A DNA stretch of 64,000 nucleotides. Origin: Balanoglossus misakiensis. Its lineage: Eukaryota; Animalia; Hemichordata. The position numbers and the translations under genes were made by a program. The DNA lies in NCBI GenBank assembly GCA_040954595.2, contig CM082581.2, positions 3,030,699-3,094,698 of the forward strand, read 5' to 3'. This document shows, piece by piece, positions 24,701-36,700 of the stretch (within the stretch, counting starts at the first letter, position 1; every line of letters begins with the position of its first letter). Under the pieces are notes generated by a model that saw nothing but the letters and a program-made list of their open reading frames with translations, was not told where the DNA came from and did no database searches.

Positions 24701-27700
24701 TGTAAGTGAAGCCTGACTGTCGCCTGTCTTAGGTCACCACTTCATAAGCGGTCTTAACCGTCATTGGCACAAACAGTCTCAGGAAGTAAGCTTTCAGCCT
24801 ACCAATGTAGCTATTATATTTTCCACTTTTTGTAAGTGAAGCCTGACTGTCGCCTGTCTTAGGTCACCACTTCATAAGCGGTCTTACCCGTCATTGGCAC
24901 AAACAGACTCAGGAAGTAAGCTTTCAGCCTACCAATGTAGCTATTATATTTTCCACTTTTTGTAAGTGAAGCCTGACTGTCGCCTGTCTTAGGTCACCAC
25001 TTCATAAGAGGTCTTAAACCGTCATTGGCACAAACAGTCTCAGGAAGTAAGCTTTCAGCCTACCAATGTAGCTATTATATTTTCCACTTTTTGTAAGTGA
25101 AGCCTGACTGTCGCCTGTCTTAGGTCACCACTTCATAAGCGGTCTTACCCGTCATTGGCACAAACAGTCTCAGGAAGTAAGCTTTCAGCCTACCAATGTA
25201 GCTATTATATTTTCCACTTTTTGTAAGTGAAGCCTGACTGTCGCCTGTCTTAGGTCACCACTTCATAAGCGGTCTTACCCTTCATTGGCACAAACAGTCT
25301 CAGGAAGTAAGCTTTCAGCCTACCAATATAGCTATTATATTTTCCACTTTTTGTAAGTGAAGCCTGACTGTCGCCTGTCTTAGGTCACCACTTCATAAGC
25401 GGTCTTACCCGTCATTGGCACAAACAGTCTCAGGAAGTAAGCTTTCAGCCTATCAATGTAGCTATTATATTTCCCACTTTTTGTAAGTGAAGCCTGACTG
25501 TCGCCTGTCTTAGGTCACCACTTCATAAGAGGTCTTACGCTTCATTGGCACAAACAGTCTCAGGAAGTAAGCTTTCAGCCTACCAATGTAGCTATTATAT
25601 TTTCCACTTTTTGTAAGTGAAGCCTGACAGTCGCCTGTCTTAGGTCACCACTTCATAAGCGGTCTTACCCGTCATTGGCACAAACAGTCTCAGGAAGTAA
25701 GCTTTAAGCCTACCAATATAGCTATTATATTTTCCACTTTTTGGAAGTGAAGCCTGACTGTCGCCTGTCTTAGGTCACCACTTCATAAGCGGTCTTACCC
25801 GTCATTGGCACAAACAGTCTCAGGAAGTAAGCTTTCAGCCTACCAATGTAGCTATTATATTTTACACTTTTTGTAAGTGAAGCCTGACTGTCGCCTGTCT
25901 TAGGTCACCACTTCATAAGCGGTCTTAACCGTCATTGGCACAAACAGTCTCAGGAAGTAAGCTTTCAGCCTACCAATGTACCTATTATATTTTCCACTTT
26001 TTGTAAGTGAAGCCTGACTGTCGCCTGTCTTAGGTCACCACTTCATAAGAGGTCTTACCCGTCATTGGCACAAACAGTCTCAGGAAGTAAGCTTTCAGCC
26101 TACCAATATAGCTATTATATTTTCCACTTTTTGTAAGTGAAGCCTGACTATCGCCTGTCTTAGGTCACCACTTCATAAGAGGTCTTACCCGTCATTGGCA
26201 CAAACAGTCTCAGGAAGTAAGCTTTCAGCCTACCAATGTAGCTATTATATTTTCCACTTTTTGTAAGTGAAGCCTGACTGTCGCCTGTCTTAGGTCACCA
26301 CTTCATAAGCGGTCTTACCCGTCATTGGCACAAACAGTCTCAGGAAGTAAGCTTTCAGCCTACCATTGTAGCTATTATATTTTCCACTTTTTGTAAGTGA
26401 AGCCTGACTGTCGCCTGTCTTAGGTCACCACTTCATAAGCGGTCTTACCCGTCATTGGCACAAACAGTCTCAGGAAGTAAGCTTTCAGCCTACCAATGTA
26501 GCTATTATATTTTCCACTTTTTGTAAGTGAAGCCTGCCTGTCGCCTGTCTTAGGTCACCACTTCATAAGCGGTCTTACCCGTCATTGGCACAAACAGTCT
26601 CAGGAAGTCAGCTTTCAGCCTACCAATGTAGCTATTATATTTTCCACTTTTTGTAAGTGAAGCCTGACAGTCGCTTGTCTTAGGTCACCACTTCATAAGC
26701 GGTCTTACCCGTCATTGGCACAAACAGTCTCAGGAAGTAAGCTTTCAGCCTACCAATATAGCTATTATGTTTTCCACTTTTTGGAAGTGAAGCCTGACTT
26801 TCGCCTGTCTTAGCTCACCACTTCATAAGCGGTCTTACCCGTCATTGGCACAAACAGTCTCAGGAAGTAAGCTTTCAGCCTACCATTGTAGCTATTATAT
26901 TTTCCACTTTTTGTAAGTGAAGCCTGACTGTCGCCTGTCTTAGGTCACCACTTCATAAGAGGTCTTACCCGTCATTGGCACAAACAGTCTCAGGAAGTAA
27001 GCTTTCAGCCTATCAATGTAGCTATTATATTTCCCACTTTTTGTAAGTGAAGCCTGACTGTCGCCTGTCTTAGGTCACCACTTCATAAGAGGTCTTACCC
27101 GTCATTGGCACAAACAGTCTCAGGAAGTAAGCTTTCAGCCTACCAATGTAGCTATTATATTTTCCCTTTTTGTAAGTGAAGCCTGACTGTCGCCTGTCTT
27201 AGGTCACCACTTCATAAGAGGTCTTACCCGTCATTGGCACAAACAGTCTCAGGAAGTAAGCTTTCAGCCTATCAATGTAGCTATTATATTTCCCACTTTT
27301 TGTAAGTGAAGCCTGACTGTCGCCTGTCTTAGGTCACCACTTCATAAGAGGTCTTACCCGTCATTGGCACAAACAGTCTCAGGAAGTAAGCTTTCAGCCT
27401 ACCAATATAGCTATTATGTTTTCCACTTTTTGGAAGTGAAGCCTGACTTTCGCCTGTCTTAGCTCACCGCTTCATAAGCGGTCTTACCCGTCATTGGCAC
27501 AAACAGTCTCAGGAAGTAAGCTTTCAGCCTACCATTGTAGCTATTATATTTTCCACTTTTTGTAAGTGAAGCCTGACTGTCGCCTGTCTTAGGTCACCAC
27601 TTCATAAGAGGTCTTACCCGTCATTGGCACAAACAGTCTCAGGAAGTAAGCTTTCAGCCTATCAATGTAGCTATTATATTTCCCACTTTTTGTAAGTGAA

Positions 27701-30700
27701 GCCTGACTGTCGCCTGTCTTAGGTCACCACTTCATAAGAGGTCTTACCCGTCATTGGCACAAACAGTCTCAGGAAGTAAGCTTTCAGCCTACCAATATAG
27801 CTATTATGTTTTCCACTTTTTGGAAGTGAAGCCTGACTTTCGCCTGTCTTAGCTCACCGCTTCATAAGCGGTCTTACCCGTCATTGGCACAAACAGTCTC
27901 AGGAAGTAAGCTTTCAGCCTATCAATGTAGCTATTATATTTCCCACTTTTTGTAAGTGAAGCCTGACTGTCGCCTGTCTTAGGTCACCACTTCATAAGAG
28001 GTCTTACCCGTCATTGGCACAAACAGTCTCAGGAAGTAAGCTTTCAGCCTACCAATGTAGCTATTATATTTTCCCTTTTTGTAAGTGAAGCCTGACTGTC
28101 GCCTGTCTTAGGTCACCACTTCATAAGCGGTCTTAACCGTCATTAGCACAAACAGTCTCAGGAAGTAAGCTTTCAGCCTACCAATGTAGCTATTATATTT
28201 TACACTTTTTGTAAGTGAAGCCTGACTGTCGCCTGTCTTAGGTCACCACTTCATAAGAGGTCTTACCCGTCATTTGCCACAAACAGTCTCAGGAAGTAAG
28301 CTTTCAGCCTACCAATGTAGCTATTATATTTTCCCTTTTTGTAAGTGAAGCCTGACTGTCGCCTGTCTTAGGTCACCACTTCATAAGCGGTCTTAACCGT
28401 CATTGGCACAAACAGTCTCAGGAAGTAAGCTTTCAGCCTACCAATGTAGCTATTATATTTTACACTTTTTGTAAGTGAAGCCTGACTGTCGCCTGTCTTA
28501 GGTCACCACTTCATAAGAGGTCTTACCCGTCATTTGCCACAAACAGTCTCAGGAAGTAAGCTTTCAGCCTACCAATGTAGCTATTATATTTTCCCTTTTT
28601 GTAAGTGAAGCCTGACTGTCGCCTGTCTTAGGTCACCACTTCATAAGCGGTCTTAACCGTCATTGGCACAAACAGTCTCAGGAAGTAAGCTTTCAGCCTA
28701 CCAATGTAGCTATTATATTTTCCACTTTTTGTAAGTGAAGCCTGACTGTCGCCTGTCTTAGGTTACCACTTCATAAGCGGTCTTACCCGTCATTGGCACA
28801 AACAGACTCAGGAAGTAAGCTTTCAGCCTACCAATGTAGCTATTATATTTTCCACTTTTTGTAAGTGAAGCCTGACTGTCGCCTGTCTTAGGTCACCACT
28901 TCATAAGAGGTCTTAAACCGTCATTGGCACAAACAGTCTCAGGAAGTAAGCTTTCAGCCTACCAATGTAGCTATTATATTTTCCACTTTTTGTAAGTGAA
29001 GCCTGACTGTCGCCTGTCTTAGGTCACCACTTCATAAGCGGTCTTACCCGTCATTGGCACAAACAGTCTCAGGAAGTAAGCTTTCAGCCTACCAATGTAG
29101 CTATTATATTTTCCACTTTTTGTAAGTGAAGCCTGACTGTCGCCTGTCTTAGGTCACCACTTCATAAGCGGTCTTACCCTTCATTGGCACAAACAGTCTC
29201 AGGAAGTAAGCTTTCAGCCTACCAATATAGCTATTATATTTTCCACTTTTTGTAAGTGAAGCCTGACTGTCGCCTGTCTTAGGTCACCACTTCATAAGCG
29301 GTCTTACCCGTCATTGGCACAAACAGTCTCAGGAAGTAAGCTTTCAGCCTATCAATGTAGCTATTATATTTCCCACTTTTTGTAAGTGAAGCCTGACTGT
29401 CGCCTGTCTTAGGTCACCACTTCATAAGAGGTCTTACGCTTCATTGGCACAAACAGTCTCAGGAAGTAAGCTTTCAGCCTACCAATGTAGCTATTATATT
29501 TTCCACTTTTTGTAAGTGAAGCCTGACAGTCGCCTGTCTTAGGTCACCACTTCATAAGCGGTCTTACCCGTCATTGGCACAAACAGTCTCAGGAAGTAAG
29601 CTTTAAGCCTACCAATATAGCTATTATATTTTCCACTTTTTGGAAGTGAAGCCTGACTGTCGCCTGTCTTAGGTCACCACTTCATAAGCGGTCTTACCCG
29701 TCATTGGCACAAACAGTCTCAGGAAGTAAGCTTTCAGCCTACCAATGTAGCTATTATATTTTACACTTTTTGTAAGTGAAGCCTGACTATCGCCTGTCTT
29801 AGGTCACCACTTCATAAGAGGTCTTACCCGTCATTTGCCACAAACAGTCTCAGGAAGTAAGCTTTCAGCCTACCAATGTAGCTATTATATTTTCCCTTTT
29901 TGTAAGTGAAGCCTGACTGTCGCCTGTCTTAGGTCACCACTTCATAAGCGGTCTTAACCGTCATTGGCACAAACAGTCTCAGGAAGTAAGCTTTCAGCCT
30001 ACCAATGTAGCTATTATATTTTCCACTTTTTGTAAGTGAAGCCTGACTGTCGCCTGTCTTAGGTCACCACTTCATAAGCGGTCTTACCCGTCATTGGCAC
30101 AAACAGACTCAGGAAGTAAGCTTTCAGCCTACCAATGTAGCTATTATATTTTCCACTTTTTGTAAGTGAAGCCTGACTGTCGCCTGTCTTAGGTCACCAC
30201 TTCATAAGAGGTCTTAAACCGTCATTGGCACAAACAGTCTCAGGAAGTAAGCTTTCAGCCTACCAATGTAGCTATTATATTTTCCACTTTTTGTAAGTGA
30301 AGCCTGACTGTCGCCTGTCTTAGGTCACCACTTCATAAGCGGTCTTACCCGTCATTGGCACAAACAGTCTCAGGAAGTAAGCTTTCAGCCTACCAATGTA
30401 GCTATTATATTTTCCACTTTTTGTAAGTGAAGCCTGACTGTCGCCTGTCTTAGGTCACCACTTCATAAGCGGTCTTACCCTTCATTGGCACAAACAGTCT
30501 CAGGAAGTAAGCTTTCAGCCTACCAATATAGCTATTATATTTTCCACTTTTTGTAAGTGAAGCCTGACTGTCGCCTGTCTTAGGTCACCACTTCATAAGC
30601 GGTCTTACCCGTCATTGGCACAAACAGTCTCAGGAAGTAAGCTTTCAGCCTATCAATGTAGCTATTATATTTCCCACTTTTTGTAAGTGAAGCCTGACTG

Positions 30701-33700
30701 TCGCCTGTCTTAGGTCACCACTTCATAAGCGGTCTTACCCTTCATTGGCACAAACAGTCTCAGGAAGTAAGCTTTCAGCCTACCAATGTAGCTATTATAT
30801 TTTCCACTTTTTGTAAGTGAAGCCTGACAGTCGCCTGTCTTAGGTCACCACTTCATAAGCGGTCTTACCCGTCATTGGCACAAACAGTCTCAGGAAGTAA
30901 GCTTTAAGCCTACCAATATAGCTATTATATTTTCCACTTTTTGGAAGTGAAGCCTGACTGTCGCCTGTCTTAGGTCACCACTTCATAAGCGGTCTTACCC
31001 GTCATTGGCACAAACAGTCTCAGGAAGTAAGCTTTCAGCCTACCAATGTAGCTATTATATTTTACACTTTTTGTAAGTGAAGCCTGACTGTCGCCTGTCT
31101 TAGGTCACCACTTCATAAGCGGTCTTAACCGTCATTGGCACAAACAGTCTCAGGAAGTAAGCTTTCAGCCTACCAATGTAGCTATTATATTTTCCACTTT
31201 TTGTAAGTGAAGCCTGACTGTCGCCTGTCTTAGGTCACCACTTCATAAGAGGTCTTACCCGTCATTGGCACAAACAGTCTCAGGAAGTAAGCTTTCAGCC
31301 TACCAATATAGCTATTATATTTTCCACTTTTTGTAAGTGAAGCCTGACTATCGCCTGTCTTAGGTCACCACTTCATAAGAGGTCTTACCCGTCATTGGCA
31401 CAAACAGTCTCAGGAAGTAAGCTTTCAGCCTACCAATGTAGCTATTATATTTTCCACTTTTTGTAAGTGAAGCCTGACTGTCGCCTGTCTTAGGTCACCA
31501 CTTCATAAGCGGTCTTACCCGTCATTGGCACAAACAGTCTCAGGAAGTAAGCTTTCAGCCTATCAATGTAGCTATTATATTTCCCACTTTTTGTAAGTGA
31601 AGCCTGACTGTCGCCTGTCTTAGGTCACCACTTCATAAGAGGTCTTACGCTTCATTGGCACAAACAGTCTCAGGAAGTAAGCTTTCAGCCTACCAATGTA
31701 GCTATTATATTTTCCACTTTTTGTAAGTGAAGCCTGACAGTCGCCTGTCTTAGGTCACCACTTCATAAGCGGTCTTACCCGTCATTGGCACAAACAGTCT
31801 CAGGAAGTAAGCTTTAAGCCTACCAATATAGCTATTATATTTTCCACTTTTTGGAAGTGAAGCCTGACTGTCGCCTGTCTTAGGTCACCACTTCATAAGC
31901 GGTCTTACCCGTCATTGGCACAAACAGTCTCAGGAAGTAAGCTTTCAGCCTACCAATGTAGCTATTATATTTTACACTTTTTGTAAGTGAAGCCTGACTG
32001 TCGCCTGTCTTAGGTCACCACTTCATAAGCGGTCTTAACCGTCATTGGCACAAACAGTCTCAGGAAGTAAGCTTTCAGCCTACCAATGTAGCTATTATAT
32101 TTTCCACTTTTTGTAAGTGAAGCCTGACTGTCGCCTGTCTTAGGTCACCACTTCATAAGAGGTCTTACCCGTCATTGGCACAAACAGTCTCAGGAAGTAA
32201 GCTTTCAGCCTACCAATATAGCTATTATATTTTCCACTTTTTGTAAGTGAAGCCTGACTATCGCCTGTCTTAGGTCACCACTTCATAAGAGGTCTTACCC
32301 GTCATTGGCACAAACAGTCTCAGGAAGTAAGCTTTCAGCCTACCAATGTAGCTATTATATTTTCCACTTTTTGTAAGTGAAGCCTGACTGTCGCCTGTCT
32401 TAGGTCACCACTTCATAAGCGGTCTTACCCGTCATTGGCACAAACAGTCTCAGGAAGTAAGCTTTCAGCCTACCATTGTAGCTATTATATTTTCCACTTT
32501 TTGTAAGTGAAGCCTGACTGTCGCCTGTCTTAGGTCACCACTTCATAAGCGGTCTTACCCGTCATTGGCACAAACAGTCTCAGAAAGTAAGCTTTCAGCC
32601 TACCAATGTAGCTATTATATTTTCCACTTTTTGTAAGTGAAGCCTGCCTGTCGCCGGTCTTAGGTCACCACTTCATAAGCGGTCTTATCCGTCATTGGCA
32701 CAAACAGTCTCAGGAAGTAAGCTTTCAGCCTACCAATATAGCTATTATATTTTCCACTTTTTGTAAGTGAAGCCTGACTGTCGCCTGTCTTAGGTCACCA
32801 CTTCATAAGCGGTCTTACCCGTCATTGGCACAAACAGTCTCAGGAAGTAAGCTTTCAGCCTACCAATGTTGCTATTATATTTTCCACTTTTTGTAAGTGA
32901 AGCCTGACTGTCGCCTGTCTTAGGTCACCACTTCATAAGCGGTCTTACCCGTCATTGGCACAAACAGTCTCAGGAAGTAAGCTTTCAGCCTACCAATGTA
33001 GCTATTACATTTTTCCACTTTTTGTAAGTGAAGCCTGACTGTCGCCTGTCTTAGGTCACCACTTCATAAGAGGTCTTACCCGTCATTGGCACAAACAGTC
33101 TCAGGAAGTAAGCTTTCAGCCTACCAATGTACCTATTATATTTTCCACTTTTTGTAAGTGAAGCCTGACTGTCGCCTGTCTTAGGTCACCACTTCATAAG
33201 CGGTCTTACCCGTCATTGGCACAAACAGTCTCAGGAAGTAAGCTTTCAGCCTACCAATGTAGCTATTATATTTTCCACTTTTTGTAAGTGAAGCCTGACT
33301 GTCGCCTGTCTTAGGTCACCACTTCATAACCGGTCTTACCCGTCATTGGCACAAACAGTCTCAGGAAGTAAGCTTAAAGCCTACCAATGTAGCTATTATA
33401 TTTTCCACTTTTTGTAAGTGAAGCCTGACTATCGCCTGTCTTAGGTCACCACTTCATAAGAGGTCTTACCCGTCATTGGCACAAACAGTCTCAGGAAGTA
33501 AGCTTTCAGCCTACCAATGTAGCTATTATATTTTCCACTTTTTGTAAGTGAAGCCTGACTGTCGCCTGTCTTAGGTCACCACTTCATAAGCGGTCTTACC
33601 CGTCATTGGCACAAACAGTCTCAGGAAGTAAGCTTAAAGCCTACCAATGTAGCTATTATATTTTCCACTTTTTGTAAGTGAAGCCTGACTATCGCCTGTC

Positions 33701-36700
33701 TTAGGTCACCACTTCATAAGAGGTCTTACCCGTCATTGGCACAAACAGTCTCAGGAAGTAAGCTTTCAGCCTACCAATGTAGCTATTATATTTTCCACTT
33801 TTTGTAAGTGAAGCCTGACTGTCGCCTGTCTTAGGTCACCACTTCATAAGCGGTCTTACCCGTCATTGGCACAAACAGTCTCAGGAAGTAAGCTTTCAGC
33901 CTACCAATGTAGCTATTATATTTTCCACTTTTTGTAAGTGAAGCCTGACTGTCGCCTGTCTTAGGTCACCACTTCATAAGCGGTCTTACCCGTCATTGGC
34001 ACAAACAGTCCCAGGAAGTAAGCTTTCAGCCTACCAATGTAGCTATTATATTTTCCCTTTTTGTAAGTGAAGCCTGACTGTCGCCTGTCTTAGGTCACCA
34101 CTTCATAAGAGGTCTTACCCGTCATTGGCACAAACAGTCTCAGGAAGTAAGCTTTCAGCCTACCAATGTAGCTATTATATTTTCCACTTTTTGTAAGTGA
34201 AGCCTGACTGTCGCCTGTCTTAGGTCACCACTTTATAAGCGGTCTTAACTGTCATTGGCACAAACAGTCTCAGGAAGTAAGCTTTCAGCCTACCAATGTA
34301 GCTATTATATTTTCCACTTTTTGTAAGTGAAGCCTGACTGTCGCCTGTCTTAGGTCACCACTTCATAAGCGGTCTTACCCGTCATTGGCACAAACAGTCT
34401 CAGGAAGTAAGCTTTCAGCCTACCAATGCAGCTATTATATTTTCCACTTTTTGTAAGTGAAGCCTGACTGTCGCCTGTCTTAGGTCACCACTTCATAAGC
34501 GATCTTACCCGTCATTGGCACAAACAGTCTCAGGAAGTAGGCTTGCAGCCTACCAATGTAGCTATTATATTTTCCACTTTTTGTAAGTGAAGCCTGACAG
34601 TCGCTTGTCTTAGGTCACCACTTCATAAGCGGTCTTACCCGTCATTGGCACAAACAGTCTCAGGAAGTAAGCTTTCAGCCTACCAATATAGCTATTATGT
34701 TTTCCACTTTTTGGAAGTGAAGCCTGACTTTCGCCTGTCTTAGCTCACCACTTCATAAGCGGTCTTACCCGTCATTGGCACAAACAGTCTCAGGAAGTAA
34801 GCTTTCAGCCTATCAATGTAGCTATTATATTTCCCACTTTTTGTAAGTGAAGCCTGACTGTCGCCTGTCTTAGGTCACCACTTCATAAGAGGTCTTACCC
34901 GTCATTGGCACAAACAGTCTCAGGAAGTAAGCTTTCAGCCTACCAATGTAGCTATTATATTTTCCCTTTTTGTAAGTGAAGCCTGACTGTCGCCTGTCTT
35001 AGGTCACCACTTCATAAGAGGTCTTACCCGTCATTGGCACAAACAGTCTCAGGAAGTAAGCTTTCAGCCTACCAATGTAGCTATTATATTTTCCACTTTT
35101 TGTAAGTGAAGCCTGACTGTCGCCTGTCTTAGGTCACCACTTCATAAGCGGTCTTAACTGTCATTGGCACAAACAGTCTCAGGAAGTAAGCTTTCAGCCT
35201 ACCAATGTAGCTATTATATTTTCCACTTTTGTAAGTGAAGCCTGACTGTCGCCTGTCTTAAGTCACCACTTCATAAGCGGTCTTACCCGTCATTGGCACA
35301 GACAGTCTCAGGAAGTAAGCTTTCAGCCTACCAATGCAGCTATTATATTTTCCACTTTTTGTAAGTGAAGCCTGACTGTCGCCTGTCTTAGGTCACCACT
35401 TCATAAGCGATCTTACCCGTCATTGGCACAAACAGTCTCAGGAAGTAAGCTTCCAGCCTACCAATGTAGCTATTATATTTTCCACTTTTTGTAAGTGAAG
35501 CCTGACAGTCGCTTGTCTTAGGTCACCACTTCATAAGCGGTCTTACCCGTCATTGGCACAAACAGTCTCAGGAAGTAAGCTTTCAGCCTACCAATATAGC
35601 TATTATGTTTTCCACTTTTTGGAAGTGAAGCCTGACTTTCGCCTGTCTTAGCTCACCACTTCATAAGTGGTCTTACCCGTCATTGGCACAAACAGTCTCA
35701 GGAAGTAAGCTTTCAGCCTACCATTGTAGCTATTATATTTTCCACTTTTTGTAAGTGAAGCCTGACTGTCGCCTGTCTTAGGTCACCACTTCATAAGAGG
35801 TCTTACCCGTCATTGGCACAAACAGTCTCAGGAAGTAAGCTTTCAGCCTATCAATGTAGCTATTATATTTCCCACTTTTTGTAAGTGAAGCCTGACTGTC
35901 GCCTGTCTTAGGTCACCACTTCATAAGAGGTCTTACCCTTCATTGGCACAAACAGTCTCAGGAAGTAAGCTTTCAGCCTATCAATGTAGCTATTATATTT
36001 CCCACTTTTTGTAAGTGAAGCCTGACTGTCGCCTGTCTTAGGTCACCACTTCATAAGAGGTCTTACCCGTCATTGGCACAAACAGTCTCAGGAAGTAAGC
36101 TTTCAGCCTACCAATGTAGCTATTATATTTTCCACTTTTTGTAAGTGAAGCCTGACTGTCGCCTGTCTTAGGTCACCACTTCATAAGCGGTCTTACCCGT
36201 CATTGGCACAAACAGTCTCAGGAAGTAAGCTTTCAGCCTACCAATGTAGCTATTATATTTTCACTTTTTGTAAGTGAAGCCTGACTGTCGCCTGTCTTAG
36301 GTCACCACTTCATAAGCGGTCTTACCCGTCATTGGCACAAACAGTCTCAGGAAGTAAGCTTTCAGCCTACCAATGTAGCTATTATATTTTCCACTTTTTG
36401 TAAGTGAAGCCTGACTGTCGCCTGTCTTAGGTCACCACTTCATAAGCGATCTTACCCGTCATTGGCACAAACAGTCTCAGGAAGTAAGCTTGCAGCCTAC
36501 CAATGTAGCTATTATATTTTCCACTTTTTGTAAGTGAAGCCTGACAGTCGCTTGTCTTAGGTCACAACTTCATAAGCGGTCTTACCCGTCATTGGCACAA
36601 ACAGTCTCAGGAAGTAAGCTTTCAGCCTACCAATATAGCTATTATGTTTTCCACTTTTTGGAAGTGAAGCCTGACTTTCGCCTGTCTTAGCTCACCACTT

